Counted from the stretch's first letter, positions 9,692 through 18,130 are shown. The stretch is DNA of 32,000 nucleotides from Alphaproteobacteria bacterium (GCA_017475605.1 JAFVFD010000005.1:330001-362000), one strand, 5' to 3'. The notes: a model not told the origin generated them from the letters alone. A program made the numbers and translations.

Positions 9692-9716
9692 AAAAAACGG
9701 GCGCCCCACGCGCCCC
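9692..9716 (-). terminator. Intrinsic terminator 20 nt upstream of the ileS ATG (proposed attenuator terminator)
   Basis: The minus strand reads GGGCGC-gtggg-GCGCCC (an all-GC 6-bp stem, 9715->9699) and then G-TTTTTT (9697->9692). Confidence 0.7.
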
Positions 9717-9743
9717 AGCCACCGCCAAAGCGCAGTTGCCTGT

Positions 9744-9776
9744 TTATCTAATAATAATTATCGTGTCCATTTTCAT
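9744..9776 (-). CDS. Candidate ileS leader peptide MKMDTIIIIR
   Basis: ATG AAA ATG GAC ACG ATA ATT ATT ATT AGA TAA on the minus strand. Four consecutive Ile codons sit 9 nt upstream of an antiterminator/terminator pair. The SD is weak, and this is a hypothesis. Confidence 0.4.
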   Translation of the reverse strand: MKMDTIIIIR

Positions 9777-9790
9777 TTATTTTACCAATC

Positions 9791-9866
9791 TGGTGCCGGT
9801 GATAGGACTTGAACCTACGACCCCCTCATTACGAATGAGATGCTCTACCAGCTGAGCTACACCGGC
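9791..9866 (-). tRNA. tRNA-Thr (anticodon CGU), CCA encoded
   Basis: The reverse complement GCCGGTG-TA-GCTC-AGCTGGTA-GAGC-A-TCTCA-TTCGTAA-TGAGG-GGGTC-GTAGG-TTCAAGT-CCTAT-CACCGGC-ACCA folds as a 76-nt cloverleaf. The anticodon loop is TT-CGT-AA. Confidence 0.93.
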
Positions 9867-9990
9867 AACAGCCCAAGTTTATACCATCTTTTTGCCAATT
9901 TCCAGTATTAAATTAGGCGATTTTGGGTTTTTTGTCGTATGGTGTTGGTGTGTGTGGGGGTGCTATGTTTTTCATATATTTGGGGGCAAA

Positions 9991-10649
9991 ATGCATATCA
10001 ATTTTATGATTTATGGAATTATGGTAATAAAACTGGTTATGGCGATTGTCGCGGCGGTTGTATTTATGCGCCTTTTTACACCATCGGGGACACTTAAAAA
10101 CATGACACCGTTGGCGGTGATTATAAACTTTTGTTAAGTGCGATTTTGTCCGAGTTTATTTTGAACAAAAGTATAAATATTTCCGAATTCATTATCGTTA
10201 TTTTGATATATGGCATATTAATAAGCATATTAAACCGCTTTGCGTTTTATACTGATGTTGGGCATCGTATCTTTATCGGCGATCCAATGGTTATTATTCA
10301 AAACGGGCAAATTGATGTTAATAAAATGGAAAAATTGAAAATATCTGCGCGTGATCTGGCGGTTGCGATGCGGCAACATAAAATACACAGTTTGCGTGAA
10401 ATTGAAATGGCACAAATTGAACCGAACGGCGAATTAACAATCGTGAAACGCGGTGAAAAGAAATATTCGGTTGTTGTGATTGATAATGGCGATATAGATG
10501 AAAGCGCGTTACAGAAAATAAATCGTTCTGAAAAATGGCTGCGCACGCAGTTGCGGAAAAAGCGAATTCGCGATATTGAAAATATCTTTGTTGCCCAGTG
10601 GCATAACGGCAAATTAAAAATAGTTAAAAAAGATGCCGGCAAAAAGTAA
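9991..10649 (+). pseudogene. YetF-family DUF421 membrane protein, interrupted by a 1-nt frameshift near 10129-10137
   Basis: Track ORFs 9892-10137 and 10131-10649 are the two halves of one protein: ...NMTPLAVIINF|LLSAILSEFIL...IFIGDPMVIIQNGQIDVNKMEKLKISARDLAVAMRQ...IEPNGELTIVKR. This matches the B. subtilis YetF pattern as I recall it. The N-half ends at TAA 10135-10137 and the C-half frame is open from 10107. The likely start is ATG 9991, preceded by TGGGGGCAAA. Confidence 0.8.
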
Positions 10650-10678
10650 AAAAACACCGGAAAATACCGGTGATTTTT
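10648..10678. terminator. Bidirectional intrinsic terminator, repeat-family copy 2, variant (DUF421 vs mnmG)
   Basis: AAAAAAA-CACCGG-aaaata-CCGGTG-ATTTTT at a convergent junction. Confidence 0.7.
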
Positions 10679-12320
10679 AATTCTTGATTTTCCGCAAAAC
10701 AACCATTATTCCAGCCGGGGTCATGCCGGGGATTCGCGACATATCTGCGATATTTTCTGGGCGGGTCGCGGTTAACTTTTCAATCAATTCATTTGTTAAC
10801 CCAGGCAGGCCCGAATAATTAAAATCGGTTGGAATCTTTAATTCCGCGTCCCGCTTGTATGCGGCGATTTCCCGCGCATTGCGTTCAATGTATCCGGCAT
10901 AAAACTTGTCGTTTTCGGTTATTTCTTTTTCACGCATTTTATATTTTTCGTCATAATATTTTTGCGTGATTAAACCGCATTTAATACCCATCTGCCCAAG
11001 GCGCACAATCGCATTATCTGCGCGCAGGCTTAACCGGTATTCCGCGCGTGAAGTGAACATACGGTATGGTTCGTCCACCCCAAGTGTTGTTATATCATCA
11101 ATCAAAACACCAATCATTGAATTGGTTCGGTCCAGCACCAAGTATTCGCCACCGGTGGCAAATGCCGCGGCATTTGTGCCTGCAACTATGCCCTGGGCGG
11201 CGGCTTCCTCGTATCCGGATGTGCCGTTGATTTGTCCCGCAAAGAACAGGTACGGAATATCCTTAGATTGTAATTTATCGTTCAAGCCCCTTGCGTCAAT
11301 CGCATCATATTCAATGGCATATCCGTATCGCGCAATACGCGCGTTTTCCAGGCCTGGAATCGTACGAATCCACATATCCTGGATATCTGCACCAAACGAT
11401 GTTGAAATACCGTTCGGGTAAATTAAATCACTGTCTAACCCTTCGGGTTCCAGGAAAACATGGTGCGATGTATGCGCGGGAAAACGCATAACCTTGTCTT
11501 CTAAACTGGGGCAATAGCGGGGACCAATACCTTCTATGTCGCCGTTATACATTGGTGCGCCAGATATATTTTCACGAATGATTTCGTGCGTTTTTTCCGT
11601 TGTGTGCGTGATATAGCATACGGCGGAATAGTTGTTTTCTGGGTTCGGGCCACTAAACCAATCGTGTGGGTTGTCGCCGGGTTGTAATTCGCAAACCGCA
11701 AAGTTTATACTGTCGCGATAAATGCGTGCAGGGGTTCCTGTTTTTAACCGCATAAGTTTAAATCCAGCATCACGCAATATGTCGGAAATATATATATCTG
11801 GCGATTGGTATTCGCCGTTGTCCATCAATCGTCCTGATGGTATTTTTTCCGCACCACGTGTAACCAGGCCATGTAAAAAAGTCCCCGTTGTAAACACAAT
11901 TGCGCCAAACGAATATTTATCATTTACGATTTTATTTTGAATATCGATTGTTTCAACTGGTTCATAAAGAACGGAAAGGTTTTTATATTCACCCAATATT
12001 TTCATAACCGCATCGTGATAAAGGTTGCGGTCAATCTGGGCGCGTAATGCCCTTGTCGCCGCACCATGTGATGCGTTAAGTGTGCGAAAATGAATACCCG
12101 CCGTGTCCGCCGCGCGACCCATTACACCGCCCAATGCATCTATTTCTGCAATCATTTGTGATTTGCCTGGGCCACCCATTGACGGATTACAACTCATCGC
12201 GCCAATGTCAGATTCCCGCATGGTAAGCAGCAACGTTTTTGCACCACGACGTGCAGATGCCGCCGCGGCTTCCGTACCGGCGTGTCCCCCACCAACAATG
12301 ATTACATCAAATTCGGTCAT
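10677..12320 (-). CDS. mnmG: tRNA uridine 5-carboxymethylaminomethyl modification enzyme MnmG (GidA), short form
   Basis: 547 aa. It has an N-terminal FAD motif (FDVIIVGGGHAGTEAA), MSCNPSMGG, GPRYCPSLEDK, and the conserved C-terminus (SRIPGMTPAGIMVVL). Confidence 0.93.
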   Translation of the reverse strand: MTEFDVIIVGGGHAGTEAAAASARRGAKTLLLTMRESDIGAMSCNPSMGGPGKSQMIAEIDALGGVMGRAADTAGIHFRTLNASHGAATRALRAQIDRNLYHDAVMKILGEYKNLSVLYEPVETIDIQNKIVNDKYSFGAIVFTTGTFLHGLVTRGAEKIPSGRLMDNGEYQSPDIYISDILRDAGFKLMRLKTGTPARIYRDSINFAVCELQPGDNPHDWFSGPNPENNYSAVCYITHTTEKTHEIIRENISGAPMYNGDIEGIGPRYCPSLEDKVMRFPAHTSHHVFLEPEGLDSDLIYPNGISTSFGADIQDMWIRTIPGLENARIARYGYAIEYDAIDARGLNDKLQSKDIPYLFFAGQINGTSGYEEAAAQGIVAGTNAAAFATGGEYLVLDRTNSMIGVLIDDITTLGVDEPYRMFTSRAEYRLSLRADNAIVRLGQMGIKCGLITQKYYDEKYKMREKEITENDKFYAGYIERNAREIAAYKRDAELKIPTDFNYSGLPGLTNELIEKLTATRPENIADMSRIPGMTPAGIMVVLRKIKN

Positions 12321-12323
12321 AAA

Positions 12324-13052
12324 TTAAAACCGTCCCATACCGCCGTTGATGTTGATTGTTTGACCGTTGATATACGCGGCTTCTTCGCTGGCTAAAAACA
12401 CACATGCGTTTGCAATATCGTCTGGTTCACCAAAGCGACCCGCCGGTATTTGTTTCAAATATGTTTCTTTTAATTCGTCCGGCAAAACATCTGTCATCGG
12501 TGTTTTGATAAAGCCCGGGGCAATACAGTTTGCGGTGATATTGCGGGACGCAACCTCGGCTGCGATTGATTTGGTCATTGCAATCATACCGCCCTTGCTT
12601 GCCGCATAGTTCGCCTGGCCTGCACCACCGATAACACCAATAATTGATGCCATATTTATAATACGACCATAGCGGTTTTTCATCATTGGCATAATCGCCG
12701 CACGGCACAATTTGAAACACGATTTAAGATTTGTGTTTAACACTTCGTCAAACTGTTCGTCCGACATACGCATTAACAATGTGTCGCGTGTGATACCGGC
12801 ATTATTCACCAAAATATCAATTTTGCCCGCGGCTTCAATCGTGTTCATCATCAGTTCAACCGCCGCGCCTTCCGCCGCCAAATCGCATGGAATCTTGATA
12901 AACGCGTCATCAAATTCGCTGTTTAATTTCGCAACATTACGACCGGAAACAACAACCGTTGCCCCTGCCTCTTTCATTTTATGTGCGATTGCGCCACCGA
13001 TACCACCTGTGGCCCCGGTAATAAGTGCCACGCGTCCAGTTAAATCAAACAT
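12324..13052 (-). CDS. fabG: 3-oxoacyl-[ACP] reductase
   Basis: 242 aa SDR with TGATGGIG, NNAGI and a YAASKGG catalytic region. It lies directly after fabD with a TAATG overlap and a GGAGG SD. Confidence 0.9.
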   Translation of the reverse strand: MFDLTGRVALITGATGGIGGAIAHKMKEAGATVVVSGRNVAKLNSEFDDAFIKIPCDLAAEGAAVELMMNTIEAAGKIDILVNNAGITRDTLLMRMSDEQFDEVLNTNLKSCFKLCRAAIMPMMKNRYGRIINMASIIGVIGGAGQANYAASKGGMIAMTKSIAAEVASRNITANCIAPGFIKTPMTDVLPDELKETYLKQIPAGRFGEPDDIANACVFLASEEAAYINGQTININGGMGRF

Positions 13053-13930
13053 TATGCTACCTCCAACTTATGTGCGTTAATTTCCGGACAAATGCGACCG
13101 CAAAGCCCCGTCAGAACATTTCCCGGTCCAATTTCAATCATTTCATCAATGCCCAAATCGTGCATTTTTAATACAGATTCGCGCCACCGAACACCATGTG
13201 TCATTTGATAAATAAGTTCATCCTTTATTTCGGTGGGCTTTGTCATCGCGTCCGCGGTTTTGTTAGAAATAAATATCGCGTTCGGCATACGAATTTCAAT
13301 TGTATCCAGGGCGGCACGCATCGCATCCGCCGCCGGTGATTGCATACGACAATGAACCGGCACAGACAATGCCAACGGCATAGCGCGTTTTGCACCGGCG
13401 GCCTTTAATTCTTCCATTGTTTTTTCGACAGTTTCCTTTGCGCCGGAAATAACAACCTGGCCCGGGCAATTATCGTTTGCAACATCGCAATCTGTTTTCG
13501 CACAAATATCGCGTACTGTATCAATATCAAGTCCCAAAATAACAGCGGTAAGGCCATGTCCCACCGGTACCGCACGTTGCATTGCATCCCCGCGTGCGCG
13601 CAACAGACGTGCCGCATCACGCAAAGAAATTGCCCCGGCGGCACAAAGTGCGGTATATTCGCCCAACGAATGCCCCGCGACATATTCTGGTAACACCGCG
13701 CCCGATGCACGCAACATGGCAATAGAAGTTGCCATAATCGCCGGCTGAACATTCGCGGTAAGTGTTAATTCTTCCATCGGGCCATTAAAAATAATGTCCG
13801 ATAATTTTTGATTTAACGCATCATCCACTTCGTCAAACACTGCGCGTGCGGCGGCGGATGTCTCATATAATTCGCGTCCCATGCCAACGCTTTGTGCACC
13901 CTGGCCTGGAAAAACAAAAACTTTTGCCAT
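13052..13930 (-). CDS. fabD: Malonyl-CoA:ACP transacylase
   Basis: 292 aa with FVFPGQGAQSVGMG and the active-site GHSLGEY. Confidence 0.93.
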   Translation of the reverse strand: MAKVFVFPGQGAQSVGMGRELYETSAAARAVFDEVDDALNQKLSDIIFNGPMEELTLTANVQPAIMATSIAMLRASGAVLPEYVAGHSLGEYTALCAAGAISLRDAARLLRARGDAMQRAVPVGHGLTAVILGLDIDTVRDICAKTDCDVANDNCPGQVVISGAKETVEKTMEELKAAGAKRAMPLALSVPVHCRMQSPAADAMRAALDTIEIRMPNAIFISNKTADAMTKPTEIKDELIYQMTHGVRWRESVLKMHDLGIDEMIEIGPGNVLTGLCGRICPEINAHKLEVA

Positions 13931-13976
13931 AATCGTCCTTTGTTATGTTTATATATAAATTATAGTTTGCGTATAT

Positions 13977-14543
13977 CTATTTCGCAACCAAAAGAATTTC
14001 CTTTGCTGGTTGGGTGTTTTTTCTAAAACTAAATTCACAACCACAATAATTTTGACGATAGAAATTAGATGCACGACCAATTGATTGCCGCAGGTTTTCA
14101 TCCCAGCGAACCGGAATATATTTTATTTCGCCCAACGCGCGCCGCGCCGCGTTGTCCACTTGTTCCTGGCTTTTGTGGCGCGACACACCAAATACAGATG
14201 CCACCGCATCATATCCATTTTTTAACGCAAATTCGCGCGCATAGGCAAACCGATATGCAAAGCACACATCGCATCGTGCGCCACGTTCTGGTTCAGATTC
14301 CAGACCACGCACCGCCTGTTTCCAGGTATCATGGTCCCAATCGCCAACGGCATATTTTACCCCCAGTTCTTCGCAGTAACGAATTTGTTCGTTCATACGT
14401 TTTAAATATTCTTCGTTTGGAAAAATATTTGGGTTGTAAAAAAGCACAATAAAATCATCAACACCGGCAATATCGCCATCCGCCAATTGTTTTATTGCGC
14501 CCGCACTGCATGGTGCACAGCAAGATGCCAAAACAACACGCAT
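13977..14543 (-). CDS. queH: Epoxyqueuosine reductase QueH (DUF208)
   Basis: 188 aa with CCAPCS, FYNPNIFPNEEY, RCDVCF and YCGCEFS, which together form the QueH cysteine signature. Confidence 0.88.
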   Translation of the reverse strand: MRVVLASCCAPCSAGAIKQLADGDIAGVDDFIVLFYNPNIFPNEEYLKRMNEQIRYCEELGVKYAVGDWDHDTWKQAVRGLESEPERGARCDVCFAYRFAYAREFALKNGYDAVASVFGVSRHKSQEQVDNAARRALGEIKYIPVRWDENLRQSIGRASNFYRQNYCGCEFSFRKNTQPAKEILLVAK

Positions 14544-14710
14544 TATTTTGTTCTTTGCTTTTTAACTGTATTGAAAAGATTGCGTATTGCGCGTTTTGTC
14601 GTGCCCCAATTTAATGCCATTGTTTCAACCATGGCATCTTCACATTTCCTGTCATCAAAACGATTTTTTGTTTCGTTTAATCTTTGTAAAAAGGTTATAG
14701 AATACAACAT
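14543..14710 (-). CDS. Small hypothetical protein (55 aa), not in the ORF track
   Basis: My translation is MLYSITFLQRLNETKNRFDDRKCEDAMVETMALNWGTTKRAIRNLFNTVKKQRTK. Its ATG lies 3 nt after the metG stop (spacer AAA), and its stop overlaps the queH ATG (TAATG). It exactly fills the 167-nt gap between metG and queH. Confidence 0.4.
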   Translation of the reverse strand: MLYSITFLQRLNETKNRFDDRKCEDAMVETMALNWGTTKRAIRNLFNTVKKQRTK

Positions 14711-14713
14711 TTT

Positions 14714-16699
14714 TTACCCCATATATTTTTCACCGATTTTTGCGTCGGTATTCAGTTCAATAATTTCATTTGCATTATCGCCCGCGCCTAATTCCGCCGC
14801 ACTGCACATCATGCCATAACTTTCAATGCCTGCAACTGTGCGTTGTGAAATAGGCTTTTTTTGCCCCGGAAGAACACAACCAACCGGTGCCAAAACACCA
14901 ATCATTCCGGCGCGTACATTTGGCGCACCACATACTATTTGTAAATCGCGTGTTCCGTCGTTCACCGTAAGTATGTGCAGGTTTTCGCGCCCCGCGTGAT
15001 TTTTTACATCAACGATTTTTGCGACAACAGGCACAATTTTATTTTCGTCTTTTGGTGCGTATTTTTCGGTAAGTTTCGCGACCGTTTCGTCGTCAATGCG
15101 GTTAAACAGGTTTTCCGGTACCACAAATTCTTCACCATCATTGATGCGTGATTCGAAATGTTCCGGCCATGATAAATCATGGTTGCCCGCGAATATGTTT
15201 TGCATCTTTGTCGCCGCATCCGGTATGAACGGTGCAGACACGCGCGCATATAAATCAATTAATTGGAAACAGGTATTAAGGACCGCGCCGGCCGCCGCCA
15301 TATCGCCATTTTTCACCAGTGTCCAAGGCTCGTTAACAGTCATATATTCATTACCGATTGCATACAGCGAACGCAGCGCAACAATCGCCGCACGGAATTC
15401 ACATGCATCCAACGCAGTTGTCAATTCAGTGATTTTTTCGTTTACTTGATTGACCAAATCTGAATCAAGTTTGGTTGCCGCCGGGACCGCGTTTCCAAAG
15501 TTTTTCGCGGTCAATTTACATACGCGCGAAACAAAGTTCCCCAACATTCCATTAAGGTCTTTATTCACGACATCGGCGAAACGCGCAAATGTAAAATCGT
15601 TATCGTCTGTTTCAGGGGCCGATGCCATCAACGCATAACGCCACGCATCACTTGGTGCGATTGAAATTGCATCTTCCAGGAAAACACCACGTTTTTGCGA
15701 TTTAGAAAACTTGCCACCTTCAAAATTCAAAAAGTTCATAGATTTAAGCATATCAACGGTTTTCCAACCATCGTGCATTGCCAACTGTTGTTCCGGGAAA
15801 AACACCGCATGAAACTTCACATTATCTTTGCCCATAAATTGCGCATAGTATGTGTCGTCATTTTTCCACCAATCCGCCCAATTTTTATTTGCCGCCATTG
15901 AAATCGAAACATAGCCCCATGGCGCATCAAACCATACATAAAAAACTTTATTTTCATACCCAGGCTTATTTACTGGAATACCCCATGGCAAATCGCGGGT
16001 AATAGATGTGTCGTGTAATTCATCCGCCGCCCAGCCACGCGCGATGGCACCCGCCGTCTTTGACCAATGTGGTGCGTGTGTGGACAACCATTTGCGCCAT
16101 TCGTCCTGTAATTTAGATGCCAAGAAAAACAAGTTTTTCGTTGGGCGCATTTCAATATTTGTTGAACCAGATATTGTGGAACGCGGGTTGATAAGTTCGG
16201 TTGCCTCGTACGTTGCACTGCAATTATCGCATTGGTCGCCACGTGCCTTTTCATAGCCGCACTTGGGACATGTACCAACTAACTGTCTGTCCGCAAGGAA
16301 CATTCCGTCATCAACCGAATATGGTTGTATTGTTTCGCGTTCTTCTATTAACCCCTGGGCATCCAGGCGGGTAAATAAATCATGTATTAAATCTTCCTGT
16401 AATTTGGTGTGCGTGCGTCCATATAAATCAAACGACAGGTTAAAATCGCGCACAGCACGCAAATGTTTTTCATAATATTTGTTGTTATATTCAATAACAG
16501 GCAGGCCTTCCTTTGCCGCACCAACAACGGCGGGTGTTCCATGTTCGTCCGCGCCACATACAAACAATACATCGCGACCGCGCGCACGACAGAAACGTGC
16601 ATATACATCACTTGGCAGCCAGCACCCAACAAGATGCCCCAGGTGTAATTCACCGTTCACATATGGTAATGCCGATGTAATCAAATATTTCTTTGCCAT
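14714..16699 (-). CDS. metG: Methionyl-tRNA synthetase with C-terminal tRNA-binding (Trbp111/EMAP-like) domain
   Basis: It has a HIGH motif (GELHLGHLVG), a zinc knuckle (CPKCG...CDNC), KMSKS as KFSKSQKRG, and a C-terminal IVCGAPNVRAG...GIESYGMMCS. The track ORF extends to 16777. I prefer the ATG at 16699 (MAKKYLITSALPYVNG), which follows GGGGCAAACA. ATG 16711 is an alternative. Confidence 0.95.
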   Translation of the reverse strand: MAKKYLITSALPYVNGELHLGHLVGCWLPSDVYARFCRARGRDVLFVCGADEHGTPAVVGAAKEGLPVIEYNNKYYEKHLRAVRDFNLSFDLYGRTHTKLQEDLIHDLFTRLDAQGLIEERETIQPYSVDDGMFLADRQLVGTCPKCGYEKARGDQCDNCSATYEATELINPRSTISGSTNIEMRPTKNLFFLASKLQDEWRKWLSTHAPHWSKTAGAIARGWAADELHDTSITRDLPWGIPVNKPGYENKVFYVWFDAPWGYVSISMAANKNWADWWKNDDTYYAQFMGKDNVKFHAVFFPEQQLAMHDGWKTVDMLKSMNFLNFEGGKFSKSQKRGVFLEDAISIAPSDAWRYALMASAPETDDNDFTFARFADVVNKDLNGMLGNFVSRVCKLTAKNFGNAVPAATKLDSDLVNQVNEKITELTTALDACEFRAAIVALRSLYAIGNEYMTVNEPWTLVKNGDMAAAGAVLNTCFQLIDLYARVSAPFIPDAATKMQNIFAGNHDLSWPEHFESRINDGEEFVVPENLFNRIDDETVAKLTEKYAPKDENKIVPVVAKIVDVKNHAGRENLHILTVNDGTRDLQIVCGAPNVRAGMIGVLAPVGCVLPGQKKPISQRTVAGIESYGMMCSAAELGAGDNANEIIELNTDAKIGEKYMG

Positions 16700-16726
16700 T
16701 GTTTGCCCCATTATTGTTATCGCCCC

Positions 16727-16754
16727 ATTATAGAATAAAAATGACAGAAAGCAA
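16727..16754 (-). promoter_or_regulatory. Putative sigma-70 promoter of the metG operon
   Basis: The minus strand reads TTGCTT-N16-TATAAT, 27 nt upstream of ATG 16699. Confidence 0.5.
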
Positions 16755-16771
16755 GAAAACCGAAAATAATA

Positions 16772-16799
16772 TTGCAATCAGATTTTTCTTTGTTATAAT
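16772..16799 (+). promoter_or_regulatory. Putative sigma-70 promoter of the tRNA-Val unit
   Basis: TTGCAA-N16-TATAAT, with the -10 element ending 12 nt before the first (decayed) tRNA-like copy. Confidence 0.55.
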
Positions 16800-16811
16800 G
16801 CCTTTCGCTTT

Positions 16812-16886
16812 GGGTGGTTAGCTTAGTTGGAAAGCCGCGTCACGTTGACATTGTTGTGGTCGTTGATTCCCGGCGCGAGAACACCA
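16812..16886 (+). pseudogene. Decayed tRNA-Val-like copy (pseudo-tRNA)
   Basis: It shares GGGTGGTTAGCT.AGTTGG, CGTCACGTTGACAT and GGTCGTTG with the tRNA-Val 91 nt downstream. However, the D-stem (GCTT/GCCG), the T-arm and the 3' acceptor strand (GAGAACA vs ACCACCC) no longer pair. Confidence 0.6.
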
Positions 16887-16902
16887 GAAAAGCAAAAGTT
16901 TT

Positions 16903-16979
16903 GGGTGGTTAGCTCAGTTGGCTAGAGCGTCACGTTGACATCGTGGAGGTCGTTGGTTCGAGCCCAATACCACCCACCA
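16903..16979 (+). tRNA. tRNA-Val (anticodon GAC), CCA encoded
   Basis: GGGTGGT-TA-GCTC-AGTTGGCTA-GAGC-G-TCACG-TTGACAT-CGTGG-AGGTC-GTTGG-TTCGAGC-CCAAT-ACCACCC-ACCA folds as a 77-nt cloverleaf. Confidence 0.93.
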
Positions 16980-16984
16980 GAATT

Positions 16985-17009
16985 ACGGGGTTTATCCCCG
17001 TTTTTTTTT
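16985..17009 (+). terminator. Intrinsic terminator after tRNA-Val
   Basis: CGGGG-tttat-CCCCG followed by T9. Confidence 0.8.
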
Positions 17010-17022
17010 ATTTTATTATTAT

Positions 17023-17050
17023 AAAAAAACACCGGCAAATGCCGGTATTT

Positions 17051-17052
<2 letters not shown>
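17023..17052. terminator. Bidirectional intrinsic terminator, repeat-family copy 3, inverted loop (end of mreB)
   Basis: AAAAAAAC-ACCGGC-aaat-GCCGGT-ATTTTT. The loop AAAT is the reverse complement of the ATTT loop in copies 4-6. Confidence 0.8.

Positions 17053-18130
<1,078 letters not shown>

Noticed and set aside
9791-9866. Idea that the terminator repeat is a tRNA-Thr acceptor-stem minihelix mimic
   Set aside because: The 7-nt arms are identical, but in the hairpin the loop closes the end that is open (and carries the CCA) in the tRNA, so it cannot mimic an acceptor minihelix. It is retained only as a curiosity in the repeat finding.
9941-9962. GT-rich tract GGTGTTGGTGTGTGTGGGGGTG upstream of the frameshifted DUF421 gene. 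A 20-codon minus-strand ORF (MKNIAPPHTPTPYDKKPKIA) covers it
   Set aside because: (GT)4 is too short for a slippage or phase-variation repeat, and there are too few G-runs for a quadruplex. The small ORF has no SD and is low-complexity.
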